Below, piece by piece: positions 38,418-53,941 of a stretch of DNA of 64,000 nt. Under the pieces are notes generated by a model. It made no database searches, was not told where the DNA came from, and saw nothing but the letters and a program-made list of their open reading frames with translations. This DNA comes from Octopus vulgaris (Eukaryota), in the NCBI GenBank assembly GCA_951406725.2, contig OX597827.1, positions 71,610,001 to 71,674,000 of the forward strand, read 5' to 3'. The translations under genes and the position numbers were made by a program. Every line of letters starts with the position of its first letter. Within the stretch, counting starts at the first letter, position 1.

Positions 38418-39360
38418 TTAATAAATAAAACATATGCATACATACATATATGTACATACCTACATCTATATGTATATATACATGCATATATGGGTACAGG
38501 ACACCACAAATAAACGTAGAACACAACGAGAAACGAAAACATAAAAACAAAACACGGAAACGTACTTTTTTTTAACAACGAAAAAACAGAGTACAAGACA
38601 ATCAACACAAGGGACATTCCCCTTCTTCAGCTGCCCCTGTTTCGACTCATTGCGTGTTTCGAACGTAAGGGCAGAACACGACTAAGTTGAAACAATCCTT
38701 CCCGCAAAGCGAATTAAATAATTTTTTTTTGCGGAGGGGTAAAAAAGGTGACAAGAACAGGACGTAAAAGCAATACAAATTAAGAAAAAAAAACAGTACA
38801 CAGTACACAGTGTACCACACATTGGGGAACGAACCCGGAACCATGCGATTGGGAAGCACCCCCCGCCCCACGCCTGCGCCTAAATAACAAGTTCCCAACC
38901 CCAATACAATCATGCTTCAAATACACATAAGGGAGTAGTGTCAACTATAACGACAACGGCGACCAAATACTTCTGTATATTGTCCATATTCATCAATGTA
39001 AGGTATAGTTTTGAAATTCAACTGTTGAAAAAGCTAACCCAAATTCCTTGCAAGAATATCTTTAATGCTCTCATTAGATATTTATTACGTTTCGTGCCGT
39101 CATATTCCGCAATGTCACGGAGCAAATTTTCGTGTGATTTAGAAAAGGTGACATTAATATCCGCATTCACACGAAAAATACGAACGAAACAAAAAAACAA
39201 TAACAGAAACACCACATGACACCAATACATACATACATACATATATGCGGACGTACATACATACACAATCCCCTGTCGTCACTTCTCTCCGGAATGTTCA
39301 GTTGGTGGTGATTGGCTGGTTTGATGTGTAGCAAGCAATGCATTTTTAATAGGCGCCAAC

Positions 39361-39870
<510 letters not shown>

Positions 39871-40028
39871 GATCCTACCTCGCGGCAGGAAACACATGAA
39901 AGCAGAAACAAAATTCCCTCATTCACCAAATGTCACATATCAGAGAAGGTTTCAAGTACTGAAAGTGCAGCAAAGCTAACAGCGGTGCTCCAGCATGGCT
40001 ACAGCTCTCAGGCTGACACTAAAAAAGA

Positions 40029-40064
<36 letters not shown>

Positions 40065-40248
40065 CTGCTTGTTGTTTTCACACCTGCCTTCGTCTTTTGA
40101 TTTTTGTAAATTTCAACTATATATATATATGTGTGTATGTGTGTGTGTGTGTGTGTGTCTGTTTATCACTCTGTCTGTCTGTCTATCCGTATGTATATAT
40201 GTATGCATGTATGTATATTTCTGTATGCGTGTATATGCATGCATGTAT

Positions 40249-40633
40249 GGAGGCACAATGGCCCAGTGGTTAGGGGTAGTGGACTCGCGGTCGTAGGATC
40301 ACGGTTTCGATTCCCAGACCGGGCGTTGTGAGTGGTAATTGAGCCGAAACACCTAAAGCCCCACGAAGTGGGTGGTGGTGAACCTTGGGTGGTGGAGAAC
40401 CCTGCCGTACTCTTTCACCACAACTTTCTCTCCCCCTTTCTTCCTGTTTCTCTTGTACCTGTATTTCAAAGGGTCAGCCTTGTTACACTCTGTGCTACGT
40501 TAAATCTCCCGAGAATTACGTTAAGGGCACACGTGTCTGTGGAGTGCTCAGCCACTTGCACGTTAATTTCACGAGCAGGTTATTCCGTTGATCGGATCAA
40601 CTGGAACCCTCGTCGTCGTATCCGACGGAGTGC
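40249..40633 (+). mobile_element. SINE family C (tRNA-derived)
   Basis: Head ggaggcacaatggcccagtggttagg (A box) and ggtttcgattccc (B box); aligns over its full length with 47958-48337. Confidence 0.88.
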
Positions 40634-40892
40634 TATGATATGTATGTATATTGGACAAAGAGGGTGGACCAGTGATTTGGTGCTACTGGGATGTAAGTTG
40701 TGACTTGATCGACCCTAGCTGGGTCAACTGGGTGAGGGCGTCTAATGCTGAAAAACCCGAAATGCCATTGAGACCCTAGAAACAAATACTATAAGGTATT
40801 TTGTCCGATGTTCTTACAATTCTGCCAATCATTAAGGCAGATAATCAACCGATTGTGGTGACATTGCGATAACAAATATTTAAATGTGGCTA

Positions 40893-41285
40893 AGCGCAGG
40901 CATGGTTGTGTGGTTACGAAGCTTGCTTTGCGACTATGTGGTTTGGGGTTTCGTCCCATTTCACAGCACCTTGAGCAATTATCTCCAGCTATAGTCCTTG
41001 GGCCGACCAATGTCTTCAGGGTGAATTCGATGGACAGAAAACACCATATACGTATGCATGTTTACACAAATGTGTGTGTGTCTGTGTGTGTGTGTTTCTG
41101 TTAGTGTTCCCATCACTGCTTGCAAACCAGTTGGTTTATTTACGTCTCCGTAACCTAGCGGTTCGTTTAAAGAGAACGATAGAATAAGTATCAGAATTAA
41201 GTACTAGAGTCGATCTGTTCGTCTAAGACTCTTCATGTCGGTGCCCCAGCGTGGCCGTAGTCCAATGACTGAAACAAGTAAAACA
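40893..41285 (+). mobile_element. SINE family A, diverged
   Basis: gcgcaggcatggttgtgtggtta...gggccgaccaa...gatagaataagta...aatgactgaaacaagtaaaa. Confidence 0.8.
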
Positions 41286-42184
41286 TAAGCGATAAAGTAC
41301 GAACGTCACAACAACCCTAATAATCCTTCTGGTTACTTCCAGATCAGCTGAGCGCAAACAAACACCAACCGCAACATTTAAAAAAAAAAATGATTATCTC
41401 CAAATCCAGGTTTTTGTTTTGTCAATGAATATCATCATTCTTTATTGAGATTTATTTTTACAAGCCGGTCTTGTCATATCGATCAGTTATGTACAAATTA
41501 TTGTTTTTAATCCGTCCCCGATGCAAATATCGGACTGTTAGTTCTTATCTTCCTCTCCACGCAAGATTTATGTAGATGCTGCTTCTCAATGGCTACACAT
41601 TTTCCAGTACAGATAACAAGCTGCCCTGCTTTGTATCTATAGAAATACCAAGAATTGAGAAGTGTTAGGCACCATGGTAGATTATCTTCGACTGTGTCTA
41701 TGATGTTAGCCATGTCTCTCGTACGAACATCGGTTCGTCTTTTAGCAATTCCAGTTCCATACTATATATTTTTTCTTTTTATTTCTATGAGAAAAGTTTG
41801 GTAGTACCTTTTCTCTTTCTGGATGCAAGGGACGCAGTCAATGGCACTTCTTACGGCGCAACGCAGAATTCAATGAAGGAGGGAGGAGGAAAGAGAGAAA
41901 GAGAGAAAGAGAGATAGATGAAGAAAGAAAAACGAAAGAAAAGAGGATTAAAGACAGCCTCTACATTAGCACATGACTGGTACTTTGTTTATCGATCCAG
42001 AAATAGTGAAAAGCAAAGTAGGCTTGATAAGAATTTTGCTTACCACATGGTTCCGGGTTCTGTCGTATACGAATATGTATGTATTTTATATATTTTAGTG
42101 ATGTGATAAAAAAAGCGCAGTCGTATTTGTGTGTTTAAAACGCTCGCTTTTCGGTTCCGTCCCGTCGACGGCACCTTGCGAAAT

Positions 42185-42519
42185 TCTCTCTGTCACATCT
42201 CTCTCTTTCTCTCTCTCCCTCACATACATATATACTTTCTCTATCTCACAAACATTTACTTTCTCTATATCTCTCTCACATACGTATTTTCTCTTTCGCT
42301 GTTTCACACATGTACTTTCTCTCTCCCTCCCCCCTTCTCTCTCTCTCTCCCTCCCCCTTCTCTCTCTCTCTCTCTCCTTCATACATATGTACTTGATCCT
42401 ACAAACATATTTACTTTCTCTTTCGCTCTCTCACATGTATACTTTCTTTTTCTCTCTTTTCCTCTCTTACGCATACGCACAAACACATAGGCACACACAT
42501 ACACACACGTACACATACG

Positions 42520-42580
<61 letters not shown>

Positions 42581-43829
42581 TCCCCCACACACTTGTCTTC
42601 CACCAAACCGCCATCTTTTCTTCTCGCTCCAGCTTTCTTCCAATTCTTCTCCAACTTTTCTCTTCATATATTTTCATTCACTTATCCACATCTCTGCTCC
42701 AACAGTTTCTCTCTCTCTCTCTCTCTCTCTCACTACCTTCACTTCCCCTGTTTCTCTCCCCACTCCCTTTGTTTCTTTCACACACACACACACACACACA
42801 TACACACATACACACACATGGTTCCCCACCAAACTTTGTCTTCTCTCTTTTCGTCTTTCAATTCCACTTCGTTCTTTCATCCCTTCACTTCTTTCAACTT
42901 CTCTCTCCATATATTTCCTTTCTTTCCTCCACACTCCGACTCCAGAAAAGTTTCTTCCTCTCCCTGTCCCTCTCTCCCTTTTATTCTTTCCCTGTCCTCT
43001 CTCTCTTTCTCTCCCTCTCACTTTCCTTATGCTTCTCTCCCTCTCTGTATTTCGTCTTACATTGACTCACTATCCCTCTACCACCGTCTCTCTCTCTATC
43101 TGTCCTTCCCTGTCTGCTCGCCTGCCTGCCTATCTCCTCTCTGTTCTATCCGTCTGCCATCCTCTCTCTCTCACTCTGTCACTCTCTTTCGCTCTCTCTC
43201 TCATCAACTTCCTATATTTTATTCATATAAACTGCTATTGGCATAAAACCAGGCGATGCTGGAAAATTAGAAAAGACACCAAAATCCGACACCCTCCATT
43301 CAAAAAAGAAAACAAAAATGAAAAAGGAGAACAGGAAGCAATCATTTAAAATGGTCGTCTGCTTGAAGCTGCGAAGAGTACATCTCTGTGAAACTTATTA
43401 AAATTTAGCTCTGTCAGCCTCAAAAATGGCTAATTGCCCATCACATATTTTCTTTGAGTTAAATATTGAAAATTCTCCACACCAACAGCTTTCGATCTCT
43501 CACGCTTTGGGTTTTGAGTTTCTTTCCTTCTTTCTTTCTTTCCTTCTTTCTTCCTTCCTTCGTTACTTTCGTTCATTCACCACCACCACCACCACCGCCA
43601 CCACCTTCTTCTTCTTCTTCTTCTTCTTCTTCTTCTTCTTCTTCTTCTTCTTCTTCTTTTTCTTTTTCTTCTTCTTCTTCTTCTTCTTCTTCTTCTTCTT
43701 CTTCTTCTTCTTCTTCTTCTTCCCTCATTTCCCCCTTTTCCTCTTCTTTCTTTCTTCCTGTTATCATTTATTTATTTGTTTATTTTGCCTTTTTAAATTT
43801 TCCTTTCTTGATTTCGTTCTGTCTATCTA

Positions 43830-43878
<49 letters not shown>

Positions 43879-43879
43879 G

Positions 43880-43932
<53 letters not shown>

Positions 43933-44019
43933 GCATTTGTATTTGTCCCCTCTGTATTCAGCCCTGTGTGGCTAATAAAAGAAAGTTATCTATCTATCTA
44001 TCTATCAATCTATCTATCA

Positions 44020-44050
<31 letters not shown>

Positions 44051-44051
44051 A

Positions 44052-44145
<94 letters not shown>

Positions 44146-44150
44146 AGATA
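42185..44150. repeat. CT-rich low-complexity DNA with (CA)n, (TTC)n, (TGTC)n and (TATC)n
   Basis: Directly visible; the source of the 406-aa and 241-aa pseudo-ORFs. Confidence 0.85.
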
Positions 44151-44209
44151 GCTATCAGTCTATATATCTATCTGTCTGTCTATCCATCCACCAATTCATC
44201 CATCCAGCT

Positions 44210-44350
44210 GTGAAAGTGACAGCAAAGTGGTATGAACACGAGCCAACGGTTGTGATAGCGAATAATAATTACAGGATTCTGTGGGATTTCCTTATAAAGA
44301 CTGACCATATTGCTGAAGCGAGGAGACCAGATATGATTATAGCGGACACA

Positions 44351-44352
<2 letters not shown>
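44210..44352 (+). mobile_element. R4/Dong-like REL endonuclease fragment
   Basis: [43 protein letters not shown] has the W.EH.P...ILWD..I.TD..I.ARRPD motif of REL-type non-LTR elements. Confidence 0.85.
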
Positions 44353-44394
<42 letters not shown>

Positions 44395-44534
44395 AGGAAA
44401 GAAAGAAAGAAAGAAAGAAAGAAAGAATGAAAATGTAAAGATTATAGTCTTTTGAATGGCATGTAATAATAGACTGGGCACCAAAGAAATCGAGGAAAAG
44501 TTCTTGGCACAAATTCAGGTATTTTGCACGGATG

Positions 44535-45125
44535 GGACTGGTCGATTACACCAAACCCTGTGTTTGGCTTGGCAGTTATTCTATCGATCCCGAAGGATCA
44601 AAGGCAAGGTCGGCTTCGGTGACATTTTGATCCCAAGCGTGAAGTCAGAAGAAATAAAGCCAAGTATGCTGTCCCGCTAGCTAAACGATTCTCCCAGATT
44701 GCCGCCTTTGTAATAACGGTTTTAAATTTTGGCACAAGATCAGTAATTCCGGTGGGAGATTGGTGGGGATAACTGGCTTACGACGATCCTAGTGTTCAAA
44801 TGGTACTAATTTTATCAGCTCCGAAAGGGATGAAAAGGCTAAGTCGACTCCAGCGGCATTTGAACTCAGAACGCAAAGTCGGAAGAAATGCCGCTAAACA
44901 TTTTCCCCGACGCAGGAACGACTCCGCCAGCTCGCCATCTTGTACCGCTTTAGTAATAAAAATACCATAATCCCTTCTACTACAGGTGCAAAGCCAGCAA
45001 TTTCGGGGGAAGGATTAAAGCGATTACATCGACCCCTGTACGTACTGACTGGTACTTATTTTATCGACCCCGAAAATATGAAAGGTAAAGTCTCCACAGC
45101 GGAAGTTGAACTCGGAACGCAAAGA
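44535..45125 (-). mobile_element. Cluster of three diverged family B-like SINEs
   Basis: Repeated tcgaccccgaa...aaaggcaaagtcgac...tttgaactcagaac...gccagctcgcc variants. Confidence 0.7.
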
Positions 45126-45166
45126 TGGACAGACAGACAAACAGATAGATAAATAGATAGATAGGC

Positions 45167-45225
<59 letters not shown>

Positions 45226-45290
45226 CAGACAGATAGATAGACAGACAGCTAGACAGATAGATAGATAGATAAATAGACAGACATCTGGAC

Positions 45291-45340
<50 letters not shown>

Positions 45341-46040
45341 GAGAGATAGATAGTGATAGATAAATAGATGGTTAGATAGATAGATAGATAGATACCGCTA
45401 AGCATTTCGCCTGCCGCCTTAAATAATGATGATGATGATGATGATGATAATAATAATGAGAATAATGTAGTCGCCATTTCTCGGATTGACATATGTCGAA
45501 AAGCAGCAACTTTCTCATTTATTCGGCTGATTCAATTTTCTCCATGTCAACCTTAATATGGTGTGAACGGAATACAAGTGCGACGGTTAACAGAAGAATT
45601 ACCATATTTTTACGTCTATTCAATCACCTCACAACCACAGAGGCATTAAGTAGTTTTGTGTGGAGTTATTTATAATGGACTGTCTTCCGCCCCACCCACC
45701 ACCATCACCACCACGACTACTACAAGATCAAAAAGTCACCACCACAATAGCAGACACGACCATCAGCATTACTAATAAAGTACAAGAAGCAGCACTACCA
45801 CCCCGAACAGCACTACCAATGCTGCCACAAATCAACAACTCCATCAATTCCATGCTGTCATACACAGTAAATTTAATCTACAACGTTTTGTAACAATTTG
45901 CTGTGGGTTAGTTCCTCGGAGGTGGAAGGCCTTCTGTCTATCTATGTCTGCGAATCAGTCTGCACGTATATTTATCTGTCAGTCTGTCTATCTATCTGTC
46001 TGCGTATCTCTCCTTCCCCCCCTCTCTCTCTATATATATA

Positions 46041-46447
46041 GGCGCAGGAGTGGCTGTGTGGTAAGTAGCTTGCTAAACAACCACATGGTTCCGGGTTCAG
46101 TCCCACTGCGTGGCATCTTGGGCAAGTGTCTTCTGCTATAGCCCCGGGCCGACCAATGCCTTGAGAGTGGATTTGGTAGACGGAAACTGAAAGAAGCCTG
46201 TCGTATATATGTATATATATATATATATGTGTGTGTGTTTGTGTGTCTGTGTTTGTCCCACTAGCATTGCTTGACAACCGATGCTGGTGTGTTTACGTCC
46301 CCGTCATTTAGCGGTTCGGCAAAAGATACTGATAGAATAAGTACTGGGCTTACAAAGAATAAGTCCCGGGGTCGATTTGCTCGACTAAAGGCGGTGCTCC
46401 AGCATGGCCGCAGTCAAATGACTGAAACAAGTAAAAGAGTAAAGAGT
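46041..46447 (+). mobile_element. SINE family A, near-consensus full-length copy
   Basis: ggcgcaggagtggctgtgtggtaag...ccgggttcagtccc...aagtaaaagagtaaagag. Confidence 0.93.
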
Positions 46448-46458
46448 ATATATAAGAT

Positions 46459-46598
46459 TGTAATATGCGACAATTATTCGGTAGCCATGATAAAACTCCG
46501 AGTTTCGGAAAACTGAAGAGATGGCGGCGTGGATTTCCACCCCTACGTCCGAAACTCGGAGTTTTATCATGGCTACCGAACAATTGTCACATATTACA
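46459..46598. repeat. 140-bp hairpin or MITE-like inverted repeat
   Basis: Arms tgtaatatgcgacaattattcggtagccatgataaaactccgagtttcgga / tccgaaactcggagttttatcatggctaccgaacaattgtcacatattaca (two mismatches) with a 38-nt spacer. Confidence 0.85.
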
Positions 46599-46672
46599 TT
46601 TACAGATAAATTCCTCTATTTACATAATATTGAGGTCTCTTTTTCATTCTTTTGTTGTCTTACCATTTCTAT

Positions 46673-46757
<85 letters not shown>

Positions 46758-47092
46758 CATACATGCATACTCCACACACACATAACTATATCTGTCTGTC
46801 TGTCCAAGCGTCTGTCTAAGTAACTATTTCTAATTTAGGTCTGAAGTTTACAATTATATCGACCCAAGAACTCGACTGGTACTCTATTTCATCGATTTTA
46901 TTGACCTCAGAGGGAAAAATGACAAAGTTGACCTCTGATGGATTTGAACTTAACACATAAGAAACAATTACTCAAAGGAATTTTCCCGGATTTCTTGCGA
47001 TTCTGCCAGCTCGCCTCTATATGTAAATAATACATACACAGGCACATATCTACACACACACACACACTCACACACGTACGCAAGTACACACG

Positions 47093-47127
<35 letters not shown>

Positions 47128-47920
47128 AAACATAAGTATATTCATACTCACATACATACACATTCATATACACATACACACACATTCATACACACACACT
47201 TAAACATAAGTATATTCATACTCACATACATACACATTCATACACACATACACTCATATTCATACACACATACACACATATTCATACACACATACACACA
47301 TATTCATACACACATACACACACATTCATACACACATACACACATATTCATACATGTACACACAGATGGGCACAAACAATATTCACACATACAATATTCA
47401 CGACACAAACACACGCGCACACACATTCAAACATACACACACACACATTCATGCATACAAATACATACATACATACATACATACATACATACATACATAC
47501 ATACATACATACATACATACATACATACATACAATATCCACGCACTCACACACACACACACATACACATGCACTGGCACACGCGTGTACACATATTAATG
47601 AGCCAAAACGCAAAAATAAAACCTGCATTGTTATTTTCAGCGTTTTTTATCGAGATTTTAAGAACATATCTTCTGTTCCTACATTTCTGACCGATACTTC
47701 TTACTTTCATCCCAAAAAATGAAGGAGAAAAATCCAGCCTGAGTAACCAGTAATATTTTCCAAGATTTCCTGGCGCTTGCGTGACTGAGTGGTAAGGCAC
47801 TTCCTTCCTAATAGCGTGATCTCGGAATCAGCCTATGTGCGGTACTTTTAGCATGTGTCTTCTCCTAAAGCATTTGTGAGTTGATTTGACAGACGAAAAC
47901 AGAAAGGAGCCCGTCGTGTA

Positions 47921-47957
<37 letters not shown>

Positions 47958-47958
<1 letters not shown>

Positions 47959-48337
47959 GAGGCGCAATGGCCCAGTGATTAGGGCAGCGGACTCACGGTC
48001 ATAGGATCGCGGTTTCGATTCCCAGACCGGGCGTTGTGAGTGTTTATTGAGCGAAAAAACACCTAAAGCTCCACGAGGCTCCGGCAGGGGATGGTGGTGA
48101 TCCCTGCTGTACTCTTTCACCACAACTTTCTCTCACTCTTACTTCCTGTTTCTGTTGTACCTATATTTCAAAGGGCCGGCCTTGTCACTCTCTGTGTCAC
48201 GCTGAATATCCCCGAGAACTACGTTAAGGGTACGCGTGTCTGTGGAGTGCTCGGCCACTTACACGTTAATTTCACGAGCAGGCTGTTCCGTTGATTCGGA
48301 TCAACCGGAACTCTCGTCGTCGTAACCGACGGAGTGC
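47958..48337 (+). mobile_element. SINE family C, inserted at the internal GT repeat of a degraded family A copy (47772-47957)
   Basis: Full-length match to 40249-40633. Confidence 0.88.
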
Positions 48338-48340
48338 TTC

Positions 48341-48377
<37 letters not shown>

Positions 48378-48714
48378 AGGGCATTATTACACATAAATAA
48401 CACACACTAGGAGGGATTATCTAAATAATACATACACAGGCACATATCTACACACACACACATACGCACACAAGCGCACACGCACACACACACTTATACA
48501 TAAGCATATTCATACACACACATTCATACACACATACACACACACACATTCATACATAAATAACCATATCGTACCGAATGCAACTCTCGAAGCAAGTCAT
48601 TTAAAAACAGAATTCAGCTGCAGATCACCTGTGATTTCGTAATCAGTGCAGTGGTTTGCACTCTTTACTCCTCAGTGCAAGCATAATTCAAGATTTATAA
48701 TGAATGAACAAAAT

Positions 48715-48788
<74 letters not shown>

Positions 48789-48794
48789 AGAGAC

Positions 48795-48859
<65 letters not shown>

Positions 48860-48971
48860 TATGGACATGAGTTGGTATAAGAACTGTAATAAACGAGTGA
48901 GGAACGAATATGCAGTGTGTGTGTTTATTTGGCAGAAAAAAACGACCATCCCGAAATACAACAATATCTAT

Positions 48972-49051
<80 letters not shown>

Positions 49052-49284
49052 TATAAATATGAAAGGTTATAATCCATACTGTCCCTCGTGAATTACATCG
49101 GCATGTTCACATTAATCAAATGGATGTATATAGATGTGTTTGTTTTGAATGAGATACACATAGCATTTGAAATTTCCGGTGGAATTTATTTGCAGAGTAA
49201 TTACATATCAAATCAGAAGGCTAGAAAAAATATTTGGTATATTTTTAATTTTACGCTACACATGTTTCATTACAAGATATGAGT

Positions 49285-49540
49285 TATAAAGGTATACACG
49301 TAGGAAAAAACATGTAGAGAATCTCCTATCTGTAATTCTTCAGGTAAAGATTCAATAGTAATATTATTTTTTTATTCTTTGCCTAAAGAATTACAGTTAG
49401 GAGTCTCTATACGTGTTTTTTTATGAAACCTACGCATCATAGAATTAAAAATATATACTAATTATTTTCTAATCTTCTGTTTTGACACATACATACATAC
49501 ACACACACACACACATATATATATGTATATATATATATAT

Positions 49541-49591
<51 letters not shown>

Positions 49592-49767
49592 AACATACGT
49601 ATGATTTTAAAAGCTAATATATATACATAAAAGCTAACCTCAACCTCCAGCTTAACGTGGAGGTTGTCTTAGGACACAGAATACTGATTTTATGAGGATC
49701 TCTCTAAGCTAGAGATTGAGGTTAGATTTTATGTATATATATTAGCTTTTAAAATCATATGTATGTT

Positions 49768-49820
<53 letters not shown>

Positions 49821-49845
49821 ATATATATATATATATAAACATATG

Positions 49846-49894
<49 letters not shown>

Positions 49895-50080
49895 GTCAAA
49901 ACAGAAGATTAGAAAATAATTGGTATATTTTAATTCTATGATGCGTAGGTTTCATAAAAACCATGTATAGAGACTCCTAACTATAATTCTTTAGACAGGG
50001 AGTAAAAAATAATATTACTATTGAATCTTTGTCTGAAGAATTACAGATAGGAGATTCTCTACATGTTTTTTCCTACATGT

Positions 50081-50090
<10 letters not shown>
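49285..50090. repeat. ~800-bp imperfect palindrome (foldback)
   Basis: The left arm ggtatacacgtaggaaaaaacatgtagagaatctcc...aacctcaacctccagctta is the reverse complement of the right arm taagctagagattgaggtt...ggagattctctacatgttttttcctacatgtatacc. The spacer is ~50 nt. Confidence 0.92.
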
Positions 50091-50130
<40 letters not shown>

Positions 50131-50432
50131 CATACACTAGTATTATAACACTTTCATTTGGGTCTACTCAGACCAAATTTTAAAGATGAGGAATTTTGCC
50201 CTAGAGGCCACACCTTTCAATTATGCAAGCTCAAAGTTGCCATGCAAACTCCCCAACAGTTATATATATATATCTTATATATGTGTGTATGTATGGGTGG
50301 GTGGGTGTCTTTGTGTTTGGCCTGCACCACTGCTTGACAACCGTTCGAACGATTCTGCCAGCTCGCCGCCTAAATAATAATAATGAAGAAGAAAATGATG
50401 ATGACGATGACGACGACGACGACGACGACGAC

Positions 50433-50486
<54 letters not shown>

Positions 50487-50709
50487 AATGGTGATGATGA
50501 TTGGACATCGGTTTCAATTGACTGCCGACTTTAGAATGGTTGGGTTAAATCTATCAAGTGTTCTGTCTGTGGCGATTCTATTATCTAATTAACTTTCTCT
50601 TTCAGTTTGGCTTAAAATGAGCAAAAATACAGCAGACGATATTTTAGCCGTTTCATTCTTTCGTTGGGTTATTTTTTTCCACCTTAAAATTGTATGTTGA
50701 ATTCAATAC

Positions 50710-51930
<1,221 letters not shown>

Positions 51931-52458
51931 ATCAGAGAACAATCGAGAAAGCGAGAATTCATAGTAATTGTTTACAGATGGGTAGATATCCTGAGAGTGC
52001 GTACTCTAATGTCACAAATAAAAGAGAGGAAAATCCGGGGAGTTATTTGTAGTGTTTCATTTCGGATAGGAAAGCAATATTCAAGAGATTTTATACTTGC
52101 AACTCACGAAAGGTGATGTGGTGAGTTGTTGTTCATATCATTTAAACTTGCGTCATTTCATATACATTCGCAGACACCAAACTATTTCACACAATGCTCA
52201 TTACTTCACTCACTGACACCAAAAACCCGGAAACAGCTGTAAAGAATTACTCGCATTCACCACGTCATCCGCACTAACACCTCCAGCATCATCACCACCC
52301 AGCTGCCTTTACCCCCCTCACCACACACAAACACATCAAGATGGAACAACGAATGAGAGGAAATAATGAATGAAAATGTTCAAACAAAAAAAAAACGAAA
52401 ATAAAACATAATTGCCTCTTTATAAATGGCTTAAAACAATATAATAATAATAATAATA

Positions 52459-52504
<46 letters not shown>

Positions 52505-52962
52505 GCATTAGTATTATTGCCACCCGTTTTGACACATCGGAGCTGATTCTATGCCAAAGAGAACCCAATAAAGACTCTGTCAACGTGTGAGAAGAGCGCA
52601 AAAAGGAAAATAAATAAACAAAAAATAAATAAATAAATAAATAAATAAAAGAAATAAAAGAAATAAAAACAAAACCAAAAAAAAAAAAATGGAAGTATTA
52701 AGCTGAAAACACGTCAGCAATTCACACCATTGGTTTTGCATGGCGGAAGGTGTTGGGAAATGAAAACGAGGCTTAGATAAAGTAAATACCGATAAAGTTG
52801 CTTATTTTCTGTAAAGGCTTTACAGCTCTGACAAATACTTGAAGCTTGGAGGTGGTGAAATATGGAGGGATGAGGGGTGAGCTTTCTATGTGTGTATGTG
52901 TGCTTACGCGCGCGTCAGTTTGTAAGCGTGTATGTACGTATGTATGTATGTATGTATGTATG

Positions 52963-53002
<40 letters not shown>

Positions 53003-53111
53003 TATAAATGCACATTAAGGCGTTATAAACGCGCGTCACGTATGTGTGTATATGTGTTTGTGTTTTCTATAATATCTACCATAGCATATACACAATGTAC
53101 GCAATAACATA

Positions 53112-53410
53112 CAGGGTAGGGAAGAGAGGACGGACGTTTTTGAAATGGATATTACACAGCCCTAGGGGAGGTACATATGTCCGACAGGTACCATTCAGTC
53201 CGTGGTGTCTTAGCCTTTCTTTTTGTTTTTGCTTTTCAGGTGAAGCTATGGCGCTGTGGACAATAAAGCATCGCGTGTTTGCCTACGACTGTTGCGTAAA
53301 GAATAACGAATCTGTCACAGCAGTTCCGCGTGCGTTTCGGCGCCACTTCAACATTCACCGAAATCAAGCTGTTCCCAACCGTAACACAATCTCACGTTGG
53401 GTGAATACTT
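53112..53410 (+). mobile_element. Tc1/mariner-superfamily element, 5' end with transposase N-terminal HTH (DUF4817-like)
   Basis: Terminus TA|CAGGGT. The ATG at 53248 starts MALWTIKHRVFAYDCCVKNNESVTAVPRAFRRHFNIHRNQAVPNRNTISRWVN, which is then truncated. Confidence 0.8.
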
Positions 53411-53906
53411 GCAAGCATATAATGCACACACACACACACACACACACATGCCAGGATATAGCTGTTCCCCTTCTAAATCACTTTCAAGCCAACTTCTTCC
53501 TCTTCCGGCCGTTTCAGAATACACTGACTTCCTAACTGAGACACGTTTGTTCTATTCTCTCCTCATCTATCCTTAGACGAATAAAAGAGCATTGGCTCGA
53601 AACGTTAAAAACCTTTTCCAATTTTCCTGAGCGCCAAACTAATGTACCTTATTTGTTTTTTTTTTTTACTTTAACTTCGTGTTTTTAAAAATTATGGTAC
53701 CATATACGCGCGCACGTGTGTGTGTGTGTTTGTGTGTGTGTTTGTGTTTATGTATGTGTGTTTGTGTGTATCTGTGTGTGTGTGATTGTGTGTGCGTCAT
53801 TGTATGTGTGCTTGTGTGTCTATGTCTGTGTGTTTGTATGTGTGTTTGTGTGATTTTGTGTGTGTGTTCGTGTGTGTGTATGTGTTTGTGTGTGTCTGTG
53901 TGTGTG

Positions 53907-53941
<35 letters not shown>

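Noticed and set aside
39018-39266. Protein-like stretch [45 protein letters not shown] as an alternative exon
   Set aside because: No convincing acceptor before it and no iGluR similarity; exons B and C already join in frame without a gap.
41507-41713. 68-aa ORF in unique-looking sequence
   Set aside because: No recognisable motif or splice signals; probably an old repeat remnant.
52740-52815. Candidate for the short exon (KPRFHF...)
   Set aside because: The acceptor frame hits a stop and there is no matching donor; 25852-25905 fits phase, length and motif.
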